Source of the DNA: Octopus bimaculoides | Taxonomy: Eukaryota | Assembly (NCBI RefSeq): GCF_001194135.2 | Contig: NC_068988.1 | Location: forward strand, 38,407,582-38,451,376 | Length of the DNA: 43,795 nt | Direction of reading: 5' to 3' | In this document: one piece after another, positions 1-10,896 of the stretch | Layout: each line of letters opens with the position of its first letter | How positions within the stretch are numbered: the stretch's first letter is position 1 | Notes under the pieces: model-generated | The model's database searches: none | Told to the model about the DNA's origin: nothing | Seen by the model: the letters and a program-made list of their open reading frames with translations, nothing else | Made by a program: the position numbers and the translations under genes

Positions 1-259
1 GTGTGTGTGTGTGTGTGTGTGTGTGTCTATTGATTCATCATGTTGAACTGTTAATCCCTACACATTTTTTTCTCTCTTTATTTTTTTTTTATTCCTAAAC
101 CTTTCTGTTGAAGAGCATAGGCTTGAAATGTCAAAGATTTTTCTATTCTTCTTGAGCTTCAAACTAATACACCTGTTTGTTGTTCTCTCATTTGTCTTCG
201 TCTTTTGTTTTCTGTAAATTTGAACTATATATATATATATATTTGTGTGTGTGTGTGCT

Positions 260-570
260 GGAAGGCACATGGATCAATGGTTAGAGCATAATCACAAGGT
301 AGTGAGTTTGATTTCCAGACTGGGCTGTGTGTTGTGTTCTTGAGCAAGATACTTTATTTCATGCTGTAGAAATGAGCTGTGACGTCACTGGTGCCAAGCT
401 GGATCGGTCTTTGCCTTTCCCTTAGACAACATCAGAGGCATGTGGAGGGGAGGCTGGTGTGCATGGGCGACTGTTGGTCTTCCATAAACAACCTTGCCCA
501 GGATTGTGCTTAGGAGGGAAACTTTCTAGGTGCAATCTCATGGTCATTCATGACTGAAAAGGGTCTTTTA
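260..570 (+). mobile_element. tRNA-derived SINE, family D (tRNA-like head, CORE-like segment, LINE-derived tail)
   Basis: Head GGAAGGCACATGGATCAATGGTTAGAGC (A-box-like), degenerate B box GAGTTTGATTTCC, CORE-like GTTCTTGAGCAAGATACTT. The tail differs from families A and B. Confidence 0.6.
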
Positions 571-682
571 ACTCTGTGTGTGTGTGTGTCTGCGTGTGTG
601 TGTGTATGTATTTGTATGCGTAAAAGTTGAAATGCATGTAGGAGTACTTGGATGCATGTGTATATGCGTGTTTATCTTTTAT

Positions 683-1072
683 GTTTTGTTTGTTTCAGTC
701 ATTTGACTGTGGCCATGCAGGGGCAACACCTTGAAGGTTTTTGTCGAACCAATTTTTCCCCTGCACATTTTAGTTTTTTTTTTTTTTTTGTTGCTCTTGT
801 TAAAAATCCAATACTTATTTTATTGGTCTCTTTTGCTGAAATCATTAAGTTATGTGGATGTGAACAAACCAACAACGGTCATCAATGGTGGGAAGGACAT
901 ACACAAGCGCAAAAATACACACATCCATAAATGACAGGCTTCCACACAGTTTCCACCTACTAGATTCACTCTCAAGGTATTGGTCAGCCCATGCAGTAGT
1001 AGAAGACAATTGCTCAAGGTGACACACAGTGGGATTGAAAGTGGAACCATGTAGTTGGAAAGTGTGCTTCTT
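683..1072 (-). mobile_element. SINE family B (CORE-type tRNA SINE), near full length, diverged
   Basis: Reverse complement of the family B pattern at 31384-31860 (tail TTTCAGTCATTTGACTGTGGCCATG; head region GAAGACAATTGCTCAAGGTG...GGAACCATGTAG). Confidence 0.8.
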
Positions 1073-1439
1073 AAAATTATATGTAAGTGTGTGTGTGTGT
1101 GTGTGTTAGTTTTATGTGCTAGTGTATTAAGGGCGTGTATATGTGAGTGTGAGTTTAGGGCATTTAGAGCATGAGTGTGTATTTTGATGCAGCCATGGAC
1201 ATAATGTGTATTTATTTCTGAAGTATGGTTGTATACAAGTGGCAGTTACATGGCTGTGGTCATTAGATATGTGTGTATACGTATGGGTATTGTTATTGTT
1301 AGGATCTGTGTGTGTGTGTATGATTCGTGTATGTATAGTCAGACGTGTGAATATCTAAATGTGTGTGTACATATGGGTTTGATGTGCACGTGTGTATGCA
1401 TGTGTATTGCTTTATTTTGTATGCTAGCATTTTAGTGTA

Positions 1440-1863
1440 CTGTAAATCCTCGAGTATAGTCCGCCCTTGAGTATAATACGCAGGGGATTTTTAGGGGGCT
1501 GTACCTCTGAAAAATTTAAACCTTGTGTATAATACGCACCCTTTCTCTAACTGGAGTCAAGGAGGTCTATATAACGTCCTTGGTTTGTAAACGTATATAC
1601 GGTAACATCCTTTATTATTATTGTGTATATAACATAATGCAAATGTGTAGCTTTTTTGTGCACTTTGTTTGCAGAAAATAAAGAAATAACAGTAATAACA
1701 TCAGTGAAAAATAAATATTAAGTAAATTGCTTTTACATATTTATCACTTAGAAAATTTTGCTTAGAAAATATTTTTCATTTTTAACCTTGTATATGGTAC
1801 ACACTAGAAATTTTGACCTTTAAATTTTGGGAAAAAGTGCGGATTATACTCGAGGATTTACAG
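1440..1863. mobile_element. pogo/Tigger-like MITE (Tc1/mariner superfamily)
   Basis: 25-bp TIRs CTGTAAATCCTCGAGTATA(G/A)TCCGC at 1440-1464 and 1839-1863 (1 mismatch), TA on both flanks (1438-1439, 1864-1865), internal repeats of TATAATACGCA. Confidence 0.9.
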
Positions 1864-3152
1864 TATATATGAATGGGTTATATACGTGTTTGATGTGTGT
1901 GTGTGTGTATGCGTGGATACTATTTGTGTGTGCATGGTGGGTGTATGTTGCATATGTAGGCAGTGTGTAGATGTGTGTGTGTTATGGAATTGTGTTGTCT
2001 TAAGTTTGTGGGGTTTTTTTTTTTTTGTTTAGAAGAGATGTTAAAGAAACTGAGGCTGAGAATTGAGACCATAAAGTGTGAATATCCCGAGAGTAAAAAT
2101 AGATTCCTGTTCCTACAGAAGATGAGAGTTTGGGGAACAAGGCCGAAAACAAAATTGCTGTGTGGTATGTTCTACTGAACAAAAATAGAGGTGCGACAGG
2201 TAACCGGATTTTGAGTCAGATATCACTAAATGTTACATAATTCGATCTGTAAGTCTTCATCTAGCTTGTTTGCTGTATGTAGATTTGCATAAGCAACACT
2301 TTGATTAGTATATCAAACTTTTTAGTTACACCTAAAAGAATCACTGATGTTGAAGTTGTTGGCTCCAGTGTGGGCAGTGGTTTCAGTGAGGAAAAAGCAT
2401 GTGTGACAACATGAGTGAGACCAGAGGAGAAATTCTGGATGACTGCATGGAATAGGGGAAGAGATATGAACTAAAAGATGCAAGAAACACACTTGAAGAC
2501 AAGAAGGTATGTGTGTTTGTGTATGTGCGCATGTATATGAATGCGTATATGTATGTACACGCACACACACGTATTGACTTCAAAGTTTCACCGAAGCTGA
2601 GTCTAGGTTCTCAAACTGTATGGTGATAACAGGAGGTAGTTGAATATGTATGGCCATATTCAGTATGTTGAACGGGGAAAGGATGACAAAAGGAAAGAAT
2701 CTATATAATGATCTGCTTGTTCGTTCATCCGTTATATATTAATTAGTGAGAGAGGTAGAGGTTGAGTGAGTGAGAGGTAGAGTAAGAGAGAGAGAGAGGG
2801 GGAGGAGTGAAGAAAGAAGAGAAGTAGAGAAAGGTGATTAATATCAATACACTTAGGCCAAATGCATCAGTCATGTGATCAGCTGAAGATAGAGGCGAAG
2901 AACGAGGGAGGTGTTAATGACGTGCAGTGGGGTGGGGAAGGAATACTTATTATATGGTTAAGAAGTTAGCAGAAGAGAAAGGTAGAGAGAGAGAGAGGGA
3001 GGCAGATAGCAGTGGTGATGATGATGGTGGTGGTGGGTGGTTTACTGATGTTGAAAAGTATTCTTTTTATTGAACTAATTTTTTTATAGCTCCCACAGCA
3101 TATGCCTAAGTGCAATTATTTATCGTCTGCTTGCTTAAAAGAATAATATTTG

Positions 3153-4043
3153 GGTCCAGACGGACTATATGTAATCTGAACACCCCCCGCCTTTTTAAAA
3201 TTACTTTTTTTTACAGAATCCCACGTTTTAGGCTATGGAGATTCCGATTCTGAAAAAATTTTTTCAAAAATCTCAAATTCAAAATTTCGGTCCCCNNNNN
3301 NNNNNNNNNNNNNNNNNNNNNNNNNNNNNNNNNNNNNNNNNNNNNNNNNNNNNNNNNNNNNNNNNNNNNNNNNNNNNNNNNNNNNNNNNNNNNNNNNNNN
3401 NNNNNNNNNNNNNNNNNNNNNNNNNNNNNNNNNNNNNNNNNNNNNNNNNNNNNNNNNNNNNNNNNNNNNNNNNNNNNNNNNNNNNNNNNNNNNNNNNNNN
3501 NNNNNNNNNNNNNNNNNNNNNNNNNNNNNNNNNNNNNNNNNNNNNNNNNNNNNNNNNNNNNNNNNNNNNNNNNNNNNNNNNNNNNNNNNNNNNNNNNNNN
3601 NNNNNNNNNNNNNNNNNNNNNNNNNNNNNNNNNNNNNNNNNNNNNNNNNNNNNNNNNNNNNNNNNNNNNNNNNNNNNNNNNNNNNNNNNNNNNNNNNNNN
3701 NNNNNNNNNNNNNNNNNNNNNNNNNNNNNNNNNNNNNNNNNNNNNNNNNNNNNNNNNNNNNNNNNNNNNNNNNNNNNNNNNNNNNNNNNNNNNNNNNNNN
3801 NNNNNNNNNNNNNNNNNNNNNNNNNNNNNNNNNNNNNNNNNNNNNNNNNNNNNNNNNNNNNNNNNNNNNNNNNNNNNNNNNNNNNNNNNNNNNNNNNNNN
3901 NNNNNNNNNNNNNNNNNNNNNNNNNNNNNNNNNNNNNNNNNNNNTCAGAATCGGAATCTCCATAGCCTAAAACATGGGATTTCATAAAAAAATAATTTAA
4001 AAAAGGGGGGAAAAGTTCAGATTACATATACTCCATCTGGACC
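3153..4043. mobile_element. Long-TIR DNA element spanning an assembly gap
   Basis: 3153-3253 is an imperfect inverted copy of 3945-4043 (GGTCCAGA(C/T)GGA(C/G)TATATGTAATCTGAA...GGCTATGGAGATTCCGATTCTGA). The interior 3296-3944 is N. No clear TSD. Confidence 0.75.
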
Positions 4044-4382
4044 GAATGCACATATATAGTGCATGGATCAGAGAATACATAATAAAAAGAGGAAAAAGTC
4101 AACACCGACGGAAACATGAGGAAATGAATGTAGACGAACGTCAAGAATATTTGAAGAAAGCTAAACTATGAATGCTATAAAAATGCAAATCATCCTTTCT
4201 TTGTTAAATAGGTCCTCTTAATTTTTTCCATTCTGTGGGATTTCCACAGGTCCTACTTGTAATTATGAATTCGATATTAAAGTTCAATGAATTGTATGTG
4301 CGTGTAAGTATTATGTGAGTTATATACATGTATGACGATATGGATGAAATGATGTAGAGTGGTATATTACCATGCTTTCTGC

Positions 4383-4565
4383 GGTACTACTAAAGCAGCA
4401 CGGTCCCGAACGCGCAGTCGCGCGTCCGCGCTAGCTAGTCTTGAGTGGTCGATCCTAACCCTAACCCTATCCCTAAACCTAACCCTGTCTCTAACCCTAA
4501 CCCTAACCCGCGTGTGCAAATGAATACGTGTTTAGGGTTCGGGACCGTGCTGCTTTAGTAGTACC
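4383..4565. mobile_element. Young GG...CC MITE with 9-bp TSD carrying (CCCTAA)n repeats (Merlin- or Mutator-like)
   Basis: Perfect 29-bp TIRs GGTACTACTAAAGCAGCACGGTCCCGAAC (4383-4411 / 4537-4565); exact direct repeat GCTTTCTGC at 4374-4382 and 4566-4574; CpG-rich interior. Confidence 0.9.
4454..4509 (+). repeat. Interstitial telomere-type (CCCTAA)n array, degenerate
   Basis: CCTAACCCTAACCCTATCCCTAAACCTAACCCTGTCTCTAACCCTAACCCTAACCC, located inside the MITE. Confidence 0.85.
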
Positions 4566-5023
4566 GCTTTCTGCTTTAGGTTGCGAAGGGTCAAGAAATA
4601 CTCAGGTTCCACTTTCAACTCTGGATTTTAAAATGCTCAGCAGTCAAGTCTCGTAGTTAATGTCATGCGTAATGTATCTTCATGTCAACTTTCAGCTTAT
4701 ATTTTCGTATTAGCTTAACCACTGTAGATATTTTTCTCACTTTTGTACAATTCTGTAAAGAATTATTGTATTGTCAACTACAGTTTTTCTGTCGATTTTT
4801 TTCTTTTGTCTGTATTGATGTGTTGCAACAGGCCCTTGTAGATGCATCGTCAACTAATGTGACAGTTTGATTCATGAAGTTTACGCCCCCCCACCCCACC
4901 TTCTTAAGGTTATCTCTACAAATATTCTACAGAAATTATTGCCAGCACTGATTTTTGCTACGATGTTTCGTATCCGTGACGTCAGATGTAAACAAACAAT
5001 GCGATCAAAGATGTAAAAAGTGC

Positions 5024-5080
5024 AATGAGCGTATATGCCATATTTCAGGAGTTTTTGCCCCTTCATCATCAGTGCCCATC
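5024..5080 (-). ncRNA. Degenerate type I hammerhead ribozyme (Penelope-type)
   Basis: Minus strand: GATGGGCA CTGATGA TGA AGGGG-CAAAAA-CTCCT GAAA TATG-G-CATAT A CGCTCATT. Stems II and III pair, stem I pairs except at its first position, and there are 3 extra nt after the core. Confidence 0.6.
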
Positions 5081-5242
5081 TAACCCCCTTAAATCATCCA
5101 CGAATACATTGCTTAAATAGCCACTAAATATAGCAATGTAGCGTTAATGGATATACCAATTTTACGTTTTAAACATGACCTCCATGTTTGCATTATAATT
5201 TATGTATCACATTGTTTTTTGTACGTACTTTGTGGTTTGGTA

Positions 5243-5445
5243 CTAATGAGGTTTTTCATTGTGGCATTTTGTAAGATATTCTAACGATGAGTTTAAGGTT
5301 AGGTATGACATATATTGTGTTCTATTTTATGAGCTTTATAATTATGTTTATCAATTCTGGAATCTGAGTGTATTTGGTTTTTGTAATACACAAATGCATA
5401 GCATGGGTATTTTTGCAAGGTGCTGCATTTGTAATATCTGTGAAT
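5243..5445 (-). pseudogene. Possible decayed Penelope-like GIY-YIG C-terminus
   Basis: Fragments ITNAAPCKNTHAMHLCITKTKYTQIPEL and LNSSLEYLTKCHNEKPH* loosely resemble the PLE C-terminal C-x-LCL-x-EK...LNKRSEL-x-x-KC-x-H motif. Lies upstream of the HHR at 5024-5080 on the same strand. Confidence 0.35.
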
Positions 5446-7402
5446 GAAATTGTTTTTGCATCATTTTATGGTCTACTTATCTATTGAGGTACATGCTGAT
5501 AACTAATGTTTGTTTTATACATTAAGACTTCCTCATTTGACAATAATTTGGCTGATGAATATTCAAAAGCTCATCTAAGAAGGGATTTAACTAATATTTT
5601 GTATCATTTACATGGTAATTTAGTATCAGCATACACATAAAGGTGCGTGATTGTATGTGTTATTTCCTATTCCTACAGTGTACCCTAGAATAGGGCTGTA
5701 TTATGGGCTGATCTATGGAGGATTGTAAATGTAGATAATCAGTTCTTTTCAAGAAAATCCCAAAACAAATGCTACATTGGCGTGCGATCTACAAGGGAGA
5801 TTACTTCAAGTTACCTTTTAGTTTACTTTGCAATTTCTAAAAACCCATAAAATGTTGACTAAAGATTTTTACAATATGATCAGCAACGAGACGAAGGTAG
5901 TTACATTTTCACAAGAAACCCACGCTAAATTCACATCATTTTTTAAGATAAAGAAAGGTGCCACTTTGGCATAATACAAGGAAGATTACTTTAGGTTACT
6001 TTTTAGTTTACTTTGTGTTAGTGCTACTTTCTGTATGATCTACATGAGCAAATTTACTTTGGTGGGTGAGCTACATGCTTATTTAAATTATTATATGGTT
6101 TTCTTATTAAAATAGTAAGAATTTTGAAAAAATACATTTACAATGCTAAGTATGTGCAAAATAATTTTAAAACTAATTTAAAGTAATCTCCCTTTTAGAT
6201 CACACACCAAAGTAATACCCCCAAAATGTATATATTATTGTTATATCATAAATAATATGCTTATGTGTGAGAACAATTTTGTTTTCCACATTACTGGGTG
6301 TATATATTGTCTTGTGAACGACATTAGGAGATATCAGTCACATCAAATGTTCTGAGTATGTCTTTTGGTATAGTTGGTGCTTTTAGTGTCTAATGTTTCT
6401 GTTGAATTACATCAGCAGTTAACATTACCAGTACGTTTTGAAGCAACTTGCTACATTCATAGAGGGAACCGCATCAATTTCATGGAAATGTACCTTAAAA
6501 TTACAAGGTATGTGCCTCCTCGATATGCATTTCTTTATAATTCTGTTGAGTTGTTTCACAATTTCCATGTCTGGTTGAATTCGGTGATAATGGATCGGAA
6601 GAGGTCATTTTGTTTTTGGGCTTTAACAGTGTCGTAAGGAAATGTATGTGGGTGTAAGTTGTCCTATGTCCTTCTGTGCAGAGTACCACATGTTCATGTG
6701 TTCAAAGTAGTAATTAGTTTTATTAAGTTTATTTTTTTTAATTATGCTGTGTTGGTTTTCGCAATTTTAAAAAGTTTGGTAATGTCTTGTAGTGTGTTGC
6801 TTATTTTTGTAAAGTAATCATCTTTGTTCATAGTAATAATGTTAATGGATTAAGGAGTGCTAATGTTCCAAACTGAACGTGAAGGGCAAATATGGAAATA
6901 TGAAAAATCCTTAATAAAAAAATCAAACTCAAACACAGACGAGCCTTTCATGCAACACATTCACTCATTCTCTCTCTCCCTCCCACCCACAATCCCTCAT
7001 TCACTTACTTGCTCACAGACACACATGTACATACGGTCATGCAAACATGCACACATGCATGCACACTGAGTGTTCGAGGCTTAAGAACGAGAGTATTCAA
7101 GAACAAGACTCTTCAATAATTAATGTCTGCCCACACCGACTGTGATAAATAACATGCAGAAAGCTTTACTACTTAATTTTTGATGCTGAAGTCAATTTTC
7201 TCCCTTTTTTATTTTCTCCTTGGTATAATTAAACTAGTGATTTTATGAATATTGATATTTTCTCATGGGATAATCTAGTTAATTTATCAACGCATAGCAA
7301 CAATTATAAATATCAGTATTTGATACTTGCTCTTGTAGGAATAACCACACTGATACTTCCCTATGTGGGGTTAAGCACACAGCTTAATTTTTCTTTTTCC
7401 TA

Positions 7403-7590
7403 TTTTTTCGTTCATAAATTTCGTTGATCAAATTTATATTTCTTTCCTCTTTTTTCCTCCCTTTGGCATATCTGTTGCAATTTTATGAATATTGCTAAGT
7501 ATCAATATTCATAAAATTATAAGATATACCAACAAGAAAAAGGAGAGGGAAAACACGAATTGGATCAAGAAAATTTATGAACGAGAAAAA
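7403..7590. repeat. Long imperfect palindrome (foldback)
   Basis: Perfect 16-bp arms AATTTTATGAATATTG (7479-7494) / CAATATTCATAAAATT (7503-7518) around an 8-nt loop, extending imperfectly about 75 bp further on each side. Confidence 0.8.
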
Positions 7591-8899
7591 ACAAAACAAA
7601 AAGAACAGCTTAAAATCTACAACGCGTTTACCCCTAAAACAGAAAAAATATATATATAAATATCAGTTGTTTATGGATGTTACTGCATGATGATAAAATT
7701 ACTGGATTACCCCACGGGAAAGAATCAATATCCATAAAATTACTATTTACTCCAGCAAGGAAAAGGAAGAAAAAATTAATTCCATCAATATGAATTAAGT
7801 ATTATGCTTACTGCATGGTACTACACAGTATTTACCCTGATCACTGCCCCCACCACCCAATAATAATTATCAAAAACACGTGCTACTCACTCTGTAGCGA
7901 AGCCAGTCTTTATTCTGCTTCTGGATTTCCAGAGCTTCTCCACCCTCGCTCTGTGGATTTAATGCTGTTACACATATGATGCTATGTAAATTGAAGTTGA
8001 AAGGCACACGAAATTGTGCCTGTCTCACATGAAAATATTAGGTGTTTACTGAATTAAACATGGAGTTTTCATGTATTAAATTTGGTTTATTTTATAATTT
8101 TTATAATGCAAGGGAAATAATTTATTTTCATATACCCTTCCCACCCAAATTAACATGTCTGTGTCTGTGTGTGTGCATGCGTGTGTGCACGCATGTCTTC
8201 ATGTGTGTGTGTGTGCTGTAAGAGTTTGAAGTGGCCTTTATATAGTAGATTAATGGAGATGGAGCAATAACTCAAGTTTAATGTTAGAATGTTGCACGTT
8301 ATGCTTACCAAGTATAACTGGCAACCTATGGAATGCAGTGCACAACAAAAACAGCTATCAGTAATCTACAAAATATGGTTAGGAAAAGCAAAAACTAGAA
8401 AGGAACTTTAATTAGGGAGATATGTAAAAGAACAGGTACCTCGGGTATCTAAATGGTTGGTATTAAGTAATTTGAAATGCCAAATACTTAATCTTAGAAA
8501 ACTTAATCTTTAGAAAACAAAAATGCAGTTTAATGAAAATTGTGTAGGGGTGAAAGTCAGTATTAAATGATGTATATACGTATATACAACACGAAATTGT
8601 ATTCTCAAAAATGCATTTGCACACTCACCCGTACACATGTATGCATCCACTCAGCTAGAAATACACTTACATGCAGGCAGTCACATCGAAGTATATAATC
8701 TTAATTGTCTCCCTCAGAAAAGTACCAAAGAGCAGCCTGCATGAAGATACTGTTATAGATATGGTTAAGATAGAAGGGAAAAGGAAAGTAAAAAGTGAAA
8801 AGGAAAACAGGTGGAAAAGGAAAGGATTACTGTAGGTGGTAGAATTATAAGATCGAGGAGTTGCGATGATGCTAATCCGACGATGACGAAATCTTTTGA

Positions 8900-9180
8900 A
8901 TAGGATATCAATAAACTTATGGGGACACTTTGCGAAGATCTCATTTCTAGTATCTAAACAGTTTCCAAGTTCTTTAATTTGTGTAAAATGTGTGTTCTTT
9001 CCATCACACAAAGGCATATATGTGGTGATTTCAATCTTTTGAACCCCATTTCAATTTAATGTTCTTGGTCGATTATTTTTCAGATGTGTTTTGCCAGTGT
9101 CATAGAATTCATCTTGCTAATGAGTTTGAAGGATGGGTCATGGTTATAGGATTTTTGTTTGAATTTCCCTTCAGCCATGC
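8900..9180 (-). pseudogene. Penelope-like element GIY-YIG endonuclease remnant
   Basis: MAEGKFKQKSYNHDPSFKLISKMNSMTLAKHI*K, then (frameshifted) PLCDGKNTHFTQIKELGNCLDTRNEIFAKCPHKF. Matches the PLE pattern G-x-T-E-x-x-FK-x-R-x-x-NH-x-x-SF...LSKHIW...C-x-LC...LN-x-RNE-x-x-x-KC-x-H. Confidence 0.8.
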
Positions 9181-10663
9181 TTCTGGAATTTGTTCTTTAC
9201 AATTGTCTGATTAGGTATGGCTGATGTAACGTCAGCTTTAAACACAATCGACTGCATGTTACATGCTTGATCTAACATGCATTTGTATGGACATCCTGGA
9301 TTGTCTCTTTTATATACTTACACACATACAAACACACACATACAGCAAGTACTCAACACTAACACAATAGCTAGCAAAAGAGAACTCAAGAAGATTTTCA
9401 CGTCCTGTGTATTCAATATGTGTGCACGTGTGTGTGTGTGTGTGTGCACATGCATGTTGGTATGCGTTTGATAGAAATATCTTGAAAATATTATGAACAT
9501 ACTCGCATTTGCTCTGTAAAGCAATAATTCTCAACAAGAACCATATGGCCCCCTCAAAACCCTGTTTCAAAGGTGGCAAAACTGGAAACCTTTGGGAGAA
9601 CCCAAAGGTTTAATGGAGCCTGGCATGTAAACTGAGGAAATATTCAAGAGGCATTTTCACACTCATGTTACCATTAGGAAACTGTTGACACTTTGATAAA
9701 AAAGCTGTTAGGAGAAATCAGTAACAAAAAACTGAACAAGGTTACAAAGTATATAATTTGTTGTAAGAAACAAACAAGTGAATAGGATATTTCCTACAGT
9801 GAGCACCATGGATCTCCTGCTTCTCACTTACATCGCAAACAAACACTCATTTTCCATCTTCACATGGCCTACCTAGCTAGGATTAACAATTCTATTGCCT
9901 TTCTGTAACAGTATTGCATTTCCTCTTAAGCTCATTGCTTGATGAAAACATCTTCACACTCACTTCACTCACACATGATATACATGTAGAATACTATATA
10001 AACACACATGCATGCTACTGTACTCACACAGAATTTTGCCTTGTTCACACACATACACACACTACTCTCCACTGCACACATATACACATACACTATTCGT
10101 CTATGACAAACACGCATACCATTATATTTTGTTCACTCTACTCACAGTAGCTAGCATGCACCAATGCTCCCCACCAAAAAAAAACAGGCATATACACACC
10201 CACACAGTATGATTGCATACATGCATTTATGTCATCGCACACACACATGCACACACATACACACACATACAGGCACACACAAACANNNNNNNNNNCACAC
10301 ATACACACACATACAGGCACACACAAACACACACACACACACACATACTGGCATGCTCTCTCATTGTTGACAACCTTTTTCTACTTATCTGCTAAGCTTC
10401 ACTTGCTACCATTTTCTCTTTTTACTGTGAAACGCCATTTTTTAACACACATCCGCTCCACCCATTACTGTTTCTTCATTTCCTATCCATACTTTGAAAT
10501 CACATTAATTTCCATATAATTCTTTTCCTTTTCTTCCTTTTCTTTTCTTCTTTTCTTGATGAAGGACCACAGTCCAGGACTTTTACGTCCCGTGTATTCA
10601 ATGTGTGTGCATGTTCATGTGCATGCATGTTGGTATGCGTGTGATAGAAATATCCTGAAAATT

Positions 10664-10896
10664 AAGGCGGTGAGCTGGCAGAAATGTTAGCATGCCAGGT
10701 GAAATGCTTAGCAGTATTTTGTCTTCCTCTACGTTCTGAGTTCAAATTCCACTGAGGTCGACTTTGCCTTTCATCCTTTTGGGGTCGATAAATTAAGTAC
10801 CAGTTACACACTGGGGTTGATGTAATCGACTTAATCCCTTTGTCTGTCTTTGTTTGTCCCCTCTATGTTTAGCCCCTTGTGGGAAATAAAGAAATA
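10664..10896 (+). mobile_element. SINE family A (tRNA-derived), full length, with 17-bp TSD
   Basis: Head AAGGCGGTGAGCTGGCAGAA, B box GAGTTCAAATTCC (10738-10750), central GACTTTGCCTTTCATCCTTTTGGGGTCGATAAATTAAGTACCAG, tail AAAGAAATA. TSD AGAAATATC(C/T)TGAAAAT at 10646-10662 / 10897-10913. Confidence 0.9.

Noticed and set aside
4955-4990. Possible second minus-strand hammerhead (CTGACGT...GAAACATCGTA)
   Set aside because: Core mismatch, no stem II and no stem I pairing.
4955-5060. + strand peptide LRCFVSVTSDVNKQCDQRCKKCNERICH resembling a piggyBac Cys-rich C-terminus
   Set aside because: No upstream DDD motifs or TTAA/TIR ends, a stop lies just upstream, and the same bases are better explained by the minus-strand hammerhead.
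10664-10760. SINE heads as tRNA genes
   Set aside because: A/B boxes are present but no complete cloverleaf, and each continues into SINE body sequence.
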